Notes: a model not told the origin generated them from the sequence alone. A stretch of DNA of 46,281 nt from Planctomycetota bacterium (GCA_022562105.1 JADFPW010000001.1:1-46281), one strand, 5' to 3'; shown: positions 27,756 to 38,063, numbered from the stretch's first letter. Translations and numbers: made by a program.

Positions 27756-28274
27756 GTGGTTCAGTTTTGCATTTTCGGCGGCCATGATGGCGAGCTTCGG
27801 CCCGAACAGCGGGTGTTTTTCACCATGTTCGGGGGCTGTGAGCTGAAGCGGCCGACGCTGGGACGGCAATTGGTCGCTCGGCACGAGAGGGAACGATCGG
27901 GCATCCCACCGCGCCGGCCGCAGGTTATCGTGACCATCTTCGGCGGCACGGAGATCACCCACCCGACGCTGGCCGAGGAGTTCCTCGATCTGAACGAGTT
28001 GACGGCCAAGGGCAAGGTGTCCAGCGCCGACTGCGAGCGGTACTTCGCGGAGCTCGATCAGGGGGACGCCGTAGATCTGACCACCATCACGCTGTTTGGG
28101 AGCTTCGAGGGCGCGTCGGTACCCAGCGAGAATGCGGAGGTCGACGCCTTGGCCCTGCACCGCCATCTGGGCAACATCTCCGACCGCAGCGGCGAGGTGT
28201 TACAACTCGGAATCGGCCTGACCGGCGCCGAACGCCGGGCCATCCTGCGCCAGGCCGTCGGCGTCACGGGCTGA
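27756..28274 (+). CDS. hypothetical protein with four xhFGGxE repeats (possibly LiaF/DUF2154-like)
   Basis: 172 aa. GTG start 8 nt after GGAGG. Repeats are CIFGGHDGEL, TMFGGCELKRP, TIFGGTEITHP and TLFGSFEGASV. Confidence 0.5.
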   Translation: MVQFCIFGGHDGELRPEQRVFFTMFGGCELKRPTLGRQLVARHERERSGIPPRRPQVIVTIFGGTEITHPTLAEEFLDLNELTAKGKVSSADCERYFAELDQGDAVDLTTITLFGSFEGASVPSENAEVDALALHRHLGNISDRSGEVLQLGIGLTGAERRAILRQAVGVTG

Positions 28275-28492
28275 CGCCGCCAACGATCTGACTGCCATCC
28301 TATGTTCGAGATTCACACTTTTCTGGGGGCGAGCCGAGAAAGCTCGCGGCTCGCTTTCCAAGCTCAGGCGAACCGAACAGCTTCTCGGGTGCCATGGGTC
28401 AGCGAAGCTGACCCATGCTGGATGTGTTCGGTACAGCGGGAATTGGAGTCAGACACGGGCCAACAAGTTGGCCCATGCCACCCGCCGCTCTC

Positions 28493-28519
28493 CACCGGTT
28501 GAAAACCGGTGCCACACAG
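28493..28519. repeat. REP unit, family C
   Basis: CACCGGTTGAAAACCGGTGCCACACAG. Identical to the unit on the right flank of the RAYT (39568-39594). Confidence 0.75.
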
Positions 28520-28540
28520 AAGAGTGCCACATACCGGTGC

Positions 28541-29065
28541 TCACAGGCGACCCTGGAGGTTCTTGAGGAAGCCTTTCACCAGCGGAGGTGGAATGTCGCC
28601 CAGGCTCGCCGGGGGGATCTCGTCGAGCATCAACTGCTGAACGGCGGCCTTGGTGCGACGCCGATCGGTGCGCAGCTGGTTGGCGATTCGGTCGGCATGG
28701 TCGAGCTTGGAGTCGCTCATGGCTTGTACGAATCGCTCGATCAGCTTGCCCACGTCTGCGATCGCCTCGACCGTGGGGATGGCGGCGGCGGTTTCGGGCG
28801 TTCGGGACGGCATGGCGCCTTCGGGCGGGATGCGATCCTCGTGGTCCAGGGCGGCGGCTGCACGGGATGACTCAGCTCGTGCCCGGGCGTCGGCTTTCTC
28901 CTGCTGATCGTCGATGGGGGCCAAGGGAATGGCCTCGTCCTCGTCCGGGGGCAGGGGCACGTAGACGCTCTCCTTGCACGAGGGACATCGGCCTCGCTTG
29001 CCCCCAGCCTCGTCGGGGGCCTTGACCATTTTGCCGCAGTGCGAGCAATGGAACTTGATGGGCAT
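28541..29065 (-). CDS. zinc-ribbon hypothetical protein
   Basis: 174 aa from MPIKFHCSHCGK...CPSCK. GGAGGA 5 nt upstream of the ATG. Lies directly downstream of der. Confidence 0.6.
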   Translation of the reverse strand: MPIKFHCSHCGKMVKAPDEAGGKRGRCPSCKESVYVPLPPDEDEAIPLAPIDDQQEKADARARAESSRAAAALDHEDRIPPEGAMPSRTPETAAAIPTVEAIADVGKLIERFVQAMSDSKLDHADRIANQLRTDRRRTKAAVQQLMLDEIPPASLGDIPPPLVKGFLKNLQGRL

Positions 29066-29084
29066 GCCGATCCTCCGTTGGACG

Positions 29085-30413
29085 CTACGGGGCGTCCTTT
29101 CCCCGGCTTGCACGGAACATCAATCGTATGGGGATTTCCTCGAATGGCAACAACTCACGGAAACGGTTTACCAGGAAACGCTCGTATTGCTTGGTGATCA
29201 GCCCCGGATTGTTGATGAATAGCACGATGGTCGGCGGGGCGACGGCAACCTGGGTTGCGTAATAGATCTTGGGCGCCCGGGCTCCATGCTTGGGCGAGGG
29301 GGCCCGAATGGCTAGGCCCGCAGCCAGGGCGTTGTTCAACTGTGACGTCGTTACGCGTTGCTGCGATTGCTTTTGCAACGACCGCGACAGATCGATCAAG
29401 CCTTCCAGATTGCGACCCTCCAACGCGGAGATGAACGCCACCGGGGCGAAGGTCAGCAGCGGCAGGGTCTTGGTCAGGTAGTCGCCGAACTCACCCGTAG
29501 GGACGCGGCCGGCGCCCAGATCCCATTTGTTGATGACGATGATGCACGGCTTGTACTCTTGGGATATCGTCTCGGCCAGTCTCTTATCCACCACGCTGAT
29601 CGATTCGGTGGCGTCGATGAACAAGAGCACCACGTCGGCCCGGCGAATGGCTCGGGTGGCCCGGGTGTAGCCGTAGAACTCGATGCTGTCACCCAACTTG
29701 ACGCGCTTGCGAACGCCGGCGGTGTCGATCAGCAGGACGGCATTCCCATCCTTCTCGATCCGCACGTCCACCGCATCACGGGTGGTGCCGGGCACTTCGC
29801 TGACGATGACTCGCGGCTCACCGGCCAGGGCGTTGATGAAGGTGCTCTTGCCGGTGTTGCGTTTGCCCACCACGGCCAGCTTGACGATCGGTTCGGAGGG
29901 TGGCTTTTCCTCGGCATCGCCCACCAGTTCGACTATCCGCTCCAGCAGTTCGCGGCGGCCCAGATTGTGGCGTGCGCTGATGCACATCGGCTCGCCATAC
30001 CCGAGTCGGATAAACTCGCCGGCCAGCGATTCCATGTGGGGTTCATCGACTTTGTTGACCACCAATTGTACGTGGTCACTGTGGCGGCGGAGCAGAGTGG
30101 CCACCCGGGAATCCAGCGGGGCGATCCCATCCCGAACGTCCACCACGAAGAGCAACAGCGACGCCTGGGCGATACCCAGGACGATCTGCCGCTCGACCTC
30201 CTTGGTCAGCCCGTCGCAATCGTCGAGGCCGTATCCGCCGGTATCCAGCAGCTCGAAGTAGACCCCGTCCACCTCGCACAGAGCGCTGACCCGATCGCGG
30301 GTCACGCCCGCCGTGGGCTCCACGATGCTCACCATTCGGCGCACCAGACAGTTCAGCAGCGAGCTCTTGCCCACGTTCGGGCGACCCACAATGGCTACGA
30401 TCGGCAACGCCAT
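29085..30413 (-). CDS. der: ribosome-associated GTPase Der (EngA), two G domains plus KH-like domain
   Basis: 442 aa from MALPIVAIVGRPNVGKSSL. Second P-loop VVGKRNTGKST. DTGG/DTAG and NKVD/NKWD motifs. Confidence 0.95.
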   Translation of the reverse strand: MALPIVAIVGRPNVGKSSLLNCLVRRMVSIVEPTAGVTRDRVSALCEVDGVYFELLDTGGYGLDDCDGLTKEVERQIVLGIAQASLLLFVVDVRDGIAPLDSRVATLLRRHSDHVQLVVNKVDEPHMESLAGEFIRLGYGEPMCISARHNLGRRELLERIVELVGDAEEKPPSEPIVKLAVVGKRNTGKSTFINALAGEPRVIVSEVPGTTRDAVDVRIEKDGNAVLLIDTAGVRKRVKLGDSIEFYGYTRATRAIRRADVVLLFIDATESISVVDKRLAETISQEYKPCIIVINKWDLGAGRVPTGEFGDYLTKTLPLLTFAPVAFISALEGRNLEGLIDLSRSLQKQSQQRVTTSQLNNALAAGLAIRAPSPKHGARAPKIYYATQVAVAPPTIVLFINNPGLITKQYERFLVNRFRELLPFEEIPIRLMFRASRGKDAP

Positions 30414-30818
30414 GATCGATACGTTACCGGAGGGACACCCCAGCGTCATCAAGATCGAGCGCGGCCGGCGCACGCCGCTGGGTGCGAGGCTGGTTCTCTT
30501 GATTCAATGATGGCTCGTGCCCGATTCGGTGCGTCCGGGAATGCCGGCGGCCGGACTCGTGGAATCTGCGTTGCGCTCCTAGACCGGGCGGCCCGAAAAA
30601 TCGTCTGGAAAACGGGTTGCTCCGGGGCAGATCGTATTGCAAGGTGAAGGTGTAAGACGACCTTCTCCTCCTTCCTCCTTCGAGGGAAACTGCTTGGCGG
30701 CACCGATTGGGTGCGTCGAGCGGTTTCCCCTTTTTACTCGCGTACTCCCCGCCGCTACACGATCGGAGGTAGCCACCCCGGTCTCCGTCCCATCCTTGAC
30801 CCGCGATTCTCCGTCTCT

Positions 30819-31418
30819 ATGATCGCGCGTACCATGACCCATCGTGCCGCAATGCTCATGCTCGTACTGCTGGTTCCCCACGGATGCGTGCGTCCCCCGG
30901 TTGCGAGCGGGCCTACGATGCGGACCATCACCACCGCCCATCCCGGTTCGATCGACGGACCCTGGGAGGCGGCCCGCGAGGTTCTCCGCCGACAGCGATT
31001 CGAGATCGATCGGTTGGACCGCCGAGCCGGTGTCATCGTTACTCGTCCCCTCACCTCGCAGAGTGCCTTCGAGTTCTGGCGACACGACGTGGATACGTCA
31101 TACGATCTCCTCGAATCGACGCTCAACGCCATCCGACGTCGGGTCACGGTGCGCGTCGCAGCGGGCCAGGATGATGGACAGGCGGAGATTGACGTGGTGG
31201 TGATCAAGGAGCGTCTGGCACGTCCGGAACGTCAGTTCTCCAGTTCGACGCAGGCCTATCATTTCTTCGGTGACAGCCTGCCGGGTACCGCCGGTCAACT
31301 CCGGCTCGGACCGGAGAGCGAATACTGGATCGAGCTGGGTCGCGATCCCGCCATGGAGAACTACCTCGCGGACCGAATCGTTGCCCGCTGTAGTCAACCG
31401 TCGAATGACGGGGGCTAG
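30819..31418 (+). CDS. hypothetical lipoprotein
   Basis: 199 aa from MIARTMTHRAAMLMLVLLVPHGC (lipobox-like). Overlaps the MATE gene start by 14 nt. Confidence 0.5.
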   Translation: MIARTMTHRAAMLMLVLLVPHGCVRPPVASGPTMRTITTAHPGSIDGPWEAAREVLRRQRFEIDRLDRRAGVIVTRPLTSQSAFEFWRHDVDTSYDLLESTLNAIRRRVTVRVAAGQDDGQAEIDVVVIKERLARPERQFSSSTQAYHFFGDSLPGTAGQLRLGPESEYWIELGRDPAMENYLADRIVARCSQPSNDGG

Positions 31419-32817
31419 TCTAACCGAATCGCCCCAATCGCCGGACGACTCCCCGTCGCCCGACCGCGGAGTGACGATCACGCCCCTTCGCAAGACGGTG
31501 CTGATTCTGGCGCTGCCGATTCTGAGCGAACAACTGCTCAACAGCTTCGTCGGACTGTTCGACACCTACCTCGCCGGCGACATCAGCAAGGCGGCCACCG
31601 CCGCCATCGGGCTGGCCGCCTACATGGGGTGGCTGGCCTCGATGCTCTTCATGTTGGTAGGCACAGGAACCACCGCCCTGATCGCCCGGATGAACGGAGC
31701 CGGTGAGCACGCCGACGCCAATCGCATAGCCAACCAGTCCATGACCCTCGCCGCGATCACCGGGCCGGCGGTGTTCGTCCTGATCTACCTGTTGGCCCCG
31801 AGCTTCGCCACGTGGCAGAACTTGCCCGAAGAGACGGCGGCGATCGTGGTGACCTATCTGCGCATCGACGCGGCTGGGCTGACGCTGACCGCGTGGACGC
31901 TGGTGGGGGCGGCGGCGCTACGGGGCGTGGCGGACATGCGCACGCCCATGCTCATTCTTGGCGTGGTGAACGTGGTCAATGTGATCGTGTCGGCGACGCT
32001 GGTGTTCGGCCTGGGTCCGTTCGAGCCGATGGGCATTCATGGCATCGTGACCGGCACCGTGGTGGCTCGTACCGTGGGCGGACTGATCACCATAGCGGTG
32101 CTCGCTCGCGGGCGAAGCGGGCTGCGCCTGCGCCGACACCTATTGACCCCGCATTGGACATCCATTCGTCGCATCGTGCGCATTGGGCTGCCGGCAGCGT
32201 CCGACGGGGCGATCATGTGGACCGGTCAGTTCATTTTCCTGATGATCATCGGGCGGTTGGCCGTCGGCCAGCTCGGGGAAGCCTACTACGCCGCCCACAT
32301 GATTGTGGTGCGGTTGGAGGCGTTCACCTATCTCCCCGCGGTCGCCTGGGGATTCGCCACCGCCACGCTGGTCGGGCAGGCCTTGGGGGCTGGGGACCAT
32401 GCACGAGCCCGGCGTGTGGCCCACGAAGCCGTTCTGCAGTGCGGGCTGCTGATTCTGTTCGTATCCGTGGTCTTCCTCGTCGGAGCCGAGTGGATTCTCC
32501 ATCAGTTTCAGAGCGACCCCCAGGTCGCCGAGGTGGGGGCCACGCCGTTCCGGATCCTGGCCCTCTTTCAGCCGCTGCTGGTCATGTCCATCATCTACGT
32601 TCACGCCTTGCGCGGGGCGGGGGATACGCGGTTCCCCATGGTGATCACCTTGATTGGGATGGTGCTTGTTCGTCTACCGCTGGGTTATTTATTCGGCATC
32701 GTCCTTCACGGCGGCTTGCTTGGCGCGTGGGTGGGCATGATGGGCGACATGACCCTCCGTGCAGCCCTGGCATTGATCCGCTATTCCCGCGGTCGCTGGG
32801 TGCATACGCAGGTGTAG
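31405..32817 (+). CDS. MATE family efflux transporter
   Basis: 470 aa from MTGASL.... About 12 TM segments. N-terminal LALPILSEQLLNSFVGLFDTYLAG is typical of MATE/NorM. Confidence 0.88.
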   Translation: MTGASLTESPQSPDDSPSPDRGVTITPLRKTVLILALPILSEQLLNSFVGLFDTYLAGDISKAATAAIGLAAYMGWLASMLFMLVGTGTTALIARMNGAGEHADANRIANQSMTLAAITGPAVFVLIYLLAPSFATWQNLPEETAAIVVTYLRIDAAGLTLTAWTLVGAAALRGVADMRTPMLILGVVNVVNVIVSATLVFGLGPFEPMGIHGIVTGTVVARTVGGLITIAVLARGRSGLRLRRHLLTPHWTSIRRIVRIGLPAASDGAIMWTGQFIFLMIIGRLAVGQLGEAYYAAHMIVVRLEAFTYLPAVAWGFATATLVGQALGAGDHARARRVAHEAVLQCGLLILFVSVVFLVGAEWILHQFQSDPQVAEVGATPFRILALFQPLLVMSIIYVHALRGAGDTRFPMVITLIGMVLVRLPLGYLFGIVLHGGLLGAWVGMMGDMTLRAALALIRYSRGRWVHTQV

Positions 32818-32928
32818 AACGGGCAGCTCGGCGTCTGCCGGATTTGTCGCCAGCGCCACTGACGATAGAATCCGCTCGTCGGACCGCGTGGGGTGGCACC
32901 GGTATCGCGTACAACCGGATCGATGCAC

Positions 32929-33014
32929 GAACCGAGCCGCGCCCGTAAGGAAGCGGTGGTCAGCGACGTTGCCCACGCGCGAGTGTCCGCTCCCTCACGG
33001 TCGCGGCTCGGTTC
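32929..33014. repeat. REP-like hairpin, family B (imperfect 28-bp arms)
   Basis: Left arm GAACCGAGCCGCGCCCGTAAGGAAGCGG, a 30-nt loop, then right arm CCGCTCCCTCACGGTCGCGGCTCGGTTC. Three mismatches between arms. Confidence 0.75.
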
Positions 33015-33069
33015 GGTCTACCTGCGGTATGTTGCGTGACGAAGCGGTAGTCGTCACTGGGAATGTTGA

Positions 33070-34776
33070 ATGGCTCAACGACGATTCCTGATTACCTCCG
33101 GATTGCCCTACTCGAACGGGCGACTGCACGTGGGGCACGTGGCTGGGGCCTACCTGCCGGCTGACATCTACGTGCGCTACCTGCGGGCCACCGGGGCCGA
33201 GGTTCGTTTCATCTGCGGCAGCGACGACAACGGGGTGGCCAATCTGATGGCCGCCCGAAAAGAAAACACGACGCCGCAGGAACTCTCCACACGATACCAC
33301 GCCTCCCAGCAGCGCGACTTCGCCGGGTTGGGCATCGAGTTCGACATCTACGGCGGGACGCACCAACCCGATTACGTCGAGCTGCACAATCGGATCAGTC
33401 AGGAGCTCTTTCTCTCGATCCACAAAAAGGGCCTGTTCACCAAGAAGCGCACCAAGCAGTTGTTCGACACCGAAACGAACATGTTTCTGGCTGATCGCTA
33501 CGTCAAAGGCACCTGCCCGCATTGCAAGAAGGCGTCCGCATTTGGGGATCAGTGCGAGGATTGCGGCGCCCAGATCGATCCGTTGACGCTCATCGATCCG
33601 GTCAGCACAGTGACCGGCTCGACACCCGAAGTCCGCGAGACGACGCACTGGTTCCTGCGGTTGGATCAGTTGTCGGATCGGCTTCAGGCGTGGCTGGAGT
33701 CCAAGCGCGATGCCGATTCCGCCGGGGCGACCTGGCGATCCACGGTGCTCAACTTCTCGCTGGGTCAGCTGGCCAGCGGACTGCGCGAACGAGCCATGAC
33801 CCGCGATCTGGATTGGGGCGTGCCCGTGCCGTTGGACGATCCCGACGCAGCCGGCAAGGTGCTATACGTCTGGTTCGATGCACCGATCGGGTACGTGTCG
33901 TTCACCGCCAAGTATTGCGCCGAGCACGAGGGGGATTGGAAGGCGTACACCCGCTGGTGGAAGGATCCGGAGTGCAAGATCGTCCACTTCATCGGCGAGG
34001 ACAACACCGTCTTCCATGCCCTGACCTGGCCGGCGATGCTCATGGCCGACGAGAGCTACCAACTCCCGCACAACGTGGTGGCCAACTCGTTCCTGAATAT
34101 CAAGTTCCCCGGTCAAGAGGAGGAAAAAATCAGTAAGAGCCGAGGACGGGCGATCTGGGTCGAAGACTACCTGGGCATGTTCGATCCGGATCCGTTGCGC
34201 TACTACTTGACCGCGATCGCACCGGAGACGCAGCGAACCGCGTTCGACGTCGATGACTTCCTGGCTCGCAACAACACCGAACTGCTGGCTGCGTTCGGTA
34301 ACTTCGTCAATCGAACATTGACCTTCGTTCACAAGTATTTCGACGGGCAGGTGCCCCCGGTGGGCGAGCGGGATGACGTGGACCGAGCCCAGTTGGCCGC
34401 CTGCAAAGATGCGGCCGACGCCACCGCCGGGCATCTGGAAGCATGTCACTTCAAGGCCGGCCTGAGCGCTGTGATGAACCTGGCCCGTCAGGCCAACGGG
34501 TACTTCGACACCACGGCCCCGTTCCGGTCGCGCAAGACCGACATGGATGCCTGCGGCCGAGCGGTCAACGTCTGCGTGCAGACGGTCCGCACGCTGACCA
34601 CGCTGATGGCCCCGTTCCTGCCGTTCTCCGCCCGCAAGTGCCTCACCATGCTGCGACTGGGTGACGACGCGCTGGCGTGGGATCAGGCGGTCGTCGAGCT
34701 ACCGCCCGGCTCGCCGTTGGCTGAGCCCGTCATTCTATTCAAGAAGCTCGACGCCGCCGAACTGTTCGAGGCTTGA
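33070..34776 (+). CDS. metG: methionine--tRNA ligase
   Basis: 568 aa. HIGH-type motif (PYSNGRLHVGHVAG), zinc knuckle CPHCKK...CEDCG, and KMSKS-type motif (KISKSRG). Confidence 0.96.
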   Translation: MAQRRFLITSGLPYSNGRLHVGHVAGAYLPADIYVRYLRATGAEVRFICGSDDNGVANLMAARKENTTPQELSTRYHASQQRDFAGLGIEFDIYGGTHQPDYVELHNRISQELFLSIHKKGLFTKKRTKQLFDTETNMFLADRYVKGTCPHCKKASAFGDQCEDCGAQIDPLTLIDPVSTVTGSTPEVRETTHWFLRLDQLSDRLQAWLESKRDADSAGATWRSTVLNFSLGQLASGLRERAMTRDLDWGVPVPLDDPDAAGKVLYVWFDAPIGYVSFTAKYCAEHEGDWKAYTRWWKDPECKIVHFIGEDNTVFHALTWPAMLMADESYQLPHNVVANSFLNIKFPGQEEEKISKSRGRAIWVEDYLGMFDPDPLRYYLTAIAPETQRTAFDVDDFLARNNTELLAAFGNFVNRTLTFVHKYFDGQVPPVGERDDVDRAQLAACKDAADATAGHLEACHFKAGLSAVMNLARQANGYFDTTAPFRSRKTDMDACGRAVNVCVQTVRTLTTLMAPFLPFSARKCLTMLRLGDDALAWDQAVVELPPGSPLAEPVILFKKLDAAELFEA

Positions 34777-34836
34777 GTCGGAAGCAGCGCGCTCTTGGGT
34801 GTGGCACCACGCACACTCGTTCCTCCAGGCGCATGT

Positions 34837-35421
34837 CTAGATGCAGAGGGCGACCATGCTGACAAACAAGACGCCGAACGATGCCCAGGCTAGATTGCGG
34901 CGGACCGGGCGGCGAACGGCCACGATCGAGCAAACCAGCGAGGCTACCCATGTTCCAAGCCCGAGGAAATAGAACAGGGAGATCGCCACGAACCAAGTCG
35001 GCACGCCGCCTTGCTTCTGCATCCACTCCATAAGGGCTGCCTGGCTGTCGGCGAACGACGTCGAGTCGCTCGCGATCTCACCCATCTCCCTAAACTCGGC
35101 TTCGTTCGAGGAGATGACCACCTTAACCACCAGCGCTGACAGCAGCGCGGCCACGGCGAGGCTCAGGGCCACAACGGCCACGGTGTTTCGCCCACCCGGC
35201 GGGATTGCGGAATAGACACCGGGCGTTGCCACTCCGGGATAGGCTGCTGGGGCGCCCGCGAGCGGTTGGGCTGTGGGGGGCGGAACGTTGGGCTGGAATG
35301 TCGAGGACGCGGGTGCGGTGACCGTTTTCTGGCAATAGGGGCAGGCGACAGCAGCGCCGGCCCACTCGCCGTCCACTTCAATGGGCTGATCGCAAGCCGG
35401 GCATTGGAATCGAACGTCCAT
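34837..35421 (-). CDS. zinc-ribbon membrane protein, hypothetical
   Basis: 194 aa. CPACDQ...CPYCQ ribbon, a Pro-rich linker, then hydrophobic segments. Confidence 0.6.
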   Translation of the reverse strand: MDVRFQCPACDQPIEVDGEWAGAAVACPYCQKTVTAPASSTFQPNVPPPTAQPLAGAPAAYPGVATPGVYSAIPPGGRNTVAVVALSLAVAALLSALVVKVVISSNEAEFREMGEIASDSTSFADSQAALMEWMQKQGGVPTWFVAISLFYFLGLGTWVASLVCSIVAVRRPVRRNLAWASFGVLFVSMVALCI

Positions 35422-35598
35422 GGGGACGAAACCTAGTCGATGACCGTGCGATCAGTCAATTGCAACCGCGGCTGGTGCTCTGTCACCCGTGGAATCCAGG
35501 AATGGGTGGTGGGGGACACGAAGTCGGTCACGGAATTCGCGTCCCCCACGGCTAAAGCCATGGGCCACCCAACCCGCCAGTTCAATCATGACGCGACG

Positions 35599-36327
35599 CT
35601 AGGCCGTGTCGGCGTCCGACCCCGAGTCGCTGTCAGCCTCGACGGTGGGCTGGCTGTTTCCATTGTTCGAGCCGGATTGATCGCCGCCCACCACGCCCGC
35701 GGGCACGCCGTCGCCGTCGTCGTCGGTCTCAGTCGTCTCCACCTCCGGCGGCGGTGGCGGCGGAATGACGTCCTCGATCTCCGGTAGGTCATCGAGCGAA
35801 CCCAGGCCGAAGACTTCCAGAAAATGTCTCGTCGTTCCGTACAGCATCGGTCGGCCGAGCTCCTCGGCCCGGCCGACAATCTTGACCAGGTTCAGCTCGC
35901 GCAGGCGGTTGAGCATATCACCGGCGGCGACGCCTCGAATGGACTCGATCTCCGCCCGTAGCACGGGTTGTCTGTAGGACACGACGGCCAGGGTTTCCAG
36001 GGCCGCCGGAGAGAGCCGCGACTCCCCTCGAACGCGCATCAGCTTGGTCAGCCACGGCTTGTACGCCGGTAGGGTCAGCATCTGGTAGCCCTTGGCGATA
36101 TGGTCGATTCTAAATGCCATCCCGCTCTCGACATACTTGTCGTTGAGGGATTGGACGTGATCCTTGACATCGCCGGCGGTGCCCACCGCGAGGATCTGGG
36201 CGATTTTGGCGGCTGATACGGGTGCATCCGTAGCGAACAGGATGGCTTCGACCACCGATTCGGTGGTCACTTCCACGTCCGCGGGGGCGGGTTCCGGTTC
36301 GCTGATGGCCTTTTCCGTAGCGCTCAT
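35599..36327 (-). CDS. scpB: segregation and condensation protein B
   Basis: 242 aa from MSATEKAI. Motifs VEAILFATDAPVS, LSPAALETLAVVSYRQPV, IESIRGV and YGTTRHFLEVFGL. Acidic C-terminal tail. Confidence 0.88.
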   Translation of the reverse strand: MSATEKAISEPEPAPADVEVTTESVVEAILFATDAPVSAAKIAQILAVGTAGDVKDHVQSLNDKYVESGMAFRIDHIAKGYQMLTLPAYKPWLTKLMRVRGESRLSPAALETLAVVSYRQPVLRAEIESIRGVAAGDMLNRLRELNLVKIVGRAEELGRPMLYGTTRHFLEVFGLGSLDDLPEIEDVIPPPPPPEVETTETDDDGDGVPAGVVGGDQSGSNNGNSQPTVEADSDSGSDADTA

Positions 36328-36517
36328 GCATGGATCATACCATTTTGCCGGTCGTTTTCGAGACCCCCTGGCACTTGACCGAATCGGGTGATTGGGCTCC
36401 AATGTTGTGCGAGCATGAGGAGGCCCAACGCGCGTGCCCCCCGAACCGCATGGATCCCAGCCTGCCCCCGAGGGCGTGGCTCCCGGCCGCCAGCGCCGGC
36501 TCTCCGAAGACGAGGGC

Positions 36518-36754
36518 ATGCTTCTGGCCATTCGGGATACGCTCTACGAAGGGAGCTGGGAGGACTTCCTGCTTGATCTGCGGGAGCGTTTGTCGGACCG
36601 GCCTTACGTTTTTGATGTGCATCCGGCGAGCCCGCGACTCAAGGACACCATGCGTCGCCACCTGGAGATCATCGAGCAGTTGAGCCGATGGGAACGCGAC
36701 CACGGTGTCACACTACACAGCGAGCCTGAATCGCTTGGGAAAACCGAGGAGTAG
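36518..36754 (+). CDS. small hypothetical protein
   Basis: 78 aa from ATG (MLLAIRDTLYEGSWEDFLLDL...). Ends 4 nt before the GTG start of the next gene. Start codon uncertain. Confidence 0.35.
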   Translation: MLLAIRDTLYEGSWEDFLLDLRERLSDRPYVFDVHPASPRLKDTMRRHLEIIEQLSRWERDHGVTLHSEPESLGKTEE

Positions 36755-36758
36755 CGAC

Positions 36759-38063
36759 GTGCCCTACCGTACATTCGCCGTTTGCACCCTGGCTGCGATG
36801 GTCGTCGCGCCGCTTGCCTCTGCCCAAGTCTCGTACCGCCAGCCGGAGGAACTGGCCCTCGCTGCGGACCTGGCCAAGGCCAACCTGAGTTCCGACTGGA
36901 CCCTATCGCTATCGCTGGGAAGCGCCGAGCAGATTCAAGACGCTCGGGTAGTCGGTGACGCCCTCTACGTATGGACGTCGGGGGGCTCTCTCTATGGTCT
37001 CGACCGGCACCGCGGATTGGTCCGGTGGACCCAGCAGTTGGGCGACGCTGCCCGCTACCCGATCCACGGGCCGACGCATATGAATCGATTGGACGGGGGA
37101 AGGCTGACGGTGGTGGTCACGTTTGATCGGGTGCTGCTGTTCGACTCCTACGACGGGCAAATGGTCGGTCGCATGGATCTCGACTTCGCCCCAACCAGCG
37201 CGGCGGCGGCGGTGGGTTCGATGCTCTTCCTCGGCGGTGGCGATCAAATGGTCCACGCGGTGCAATGGTGCGGGCTGTGTCCGGGGCAGAGTTACGAGCA
37301 CTGGCGGGTGATGGCCGGCGGGTCGGTTCAAGCGACGCCTATTGTGGTGCGTCCGGGGGTGCTTTTCTACGCCTCCACCGGTGGGCAGTTGGTCAGCGCT
37401 ACCGCGTTGGACAAGACAGGCCTATGGGGTCGCAAGCTGCACACGCCGGTCCGTGTGGACATGGTGGCCCGTTCCGATGGCCTCTACGTCACCGGCGACA
37501 ACGCGTCGATCTACCGTTTTGATCCGGCCACCGGGGCGTTGCTCCAACGCTATCGCCTGCCCGCGACGGTGACGTCCACGCCGGTGTTGGACGACGGGGA
37601 TCTGTTTGCCCTCGCCGCCGACGGGGCTCTCTACTCGGTGGATCCCATCTCCGCCGAGATTCGGTGGAGTCAACCCGGGACGACGGCCCTCCTGGCGGTT
37701 CAGGAAAAGCAACTCGCCCTGCACGGCCGTGACCACGACCTGGTCATCGTCGATCGATTCACCGGCCGGGAATTGGGGCGACTCGATTTGAATCGCGTCG
37801 ATCGTTTTGTGTCCAATCGACTTGACGATGCGGTCTATCTGCTGGGGGACAACGGCCAAATCCTGGCGGCTCGGCCTGCGGGTATCCCGTACCAGCGTTC
37901 GGCTGAGTTGTCGGAAGCGGCCTTGTGGCGACACAGTGCGCCTGCTAGGCGGATGGCTGGGAAACAGTCCGGTGGGACTACAGCCGTGGCGATCTCGGCG
38001 GCCGATCAGGATCCGCTCCGCAGCAAGAGCACATTGCCCACACAGGTTTCGGAGACGCCGTAG
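36759..38063 (+). CDS. PQQ-like (BamB-like) beta-propeller repeat protein, secreted
   Basis: 434 aa from a GTG 7 nt after GAGGAG. Signal peptide FAVCTLAAMVVAPLASAQ. Repeated G.LY.LD...G...W blades. Confidence 0.75.
   Translation: MPYRTFAVCTLAAMVVAPLASAQVSYRQPEELALAADLAKANLSSDWTLSLSLGSAEQIQDARVVGDALYVWTSGGSLYGLDRHRGLVRWTQQLGDAARYPIHGPTHMNRLDGGRLTVVVTFDRVLLFDSYDGQMVGRMDLDFAPTSAAAAVGSMLFLGGGDQMVHAVQWCGLCPGQSYEHWRVMAGGSVQATPIVVRPGVLFYASTGGQLVSATALDKTGLWGRKLHTPVRVDMVARSDGLYVTGDNASIYRFDPATGALLQRYRLPATVTSTPVLDDGDLFALAADGALYSVDPISAEIRWSQPGTTALLAVQEKQLALHGRDHDLVIVDRFTGRELGRLDLNRVDRFVSNRLDDAVYLLGDNGQILAARPAGIPYQRSAELSEAALWRHSAPARRMAGKQSGGTTAVAISAADQDPLRSKSTLPTQVSETP

Noticed and set aside
27577-27846. 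Frameshifted longer version of the FGG-repeat gene starting at ATG 27688, which would join ORF 27577..27846 to 27756..28274.
   Set aside because: The GTG at 27756 has a well-spaced GGAGG. The upstream frame shows no repeat homology. There is no slippery sequence at the putative junction.
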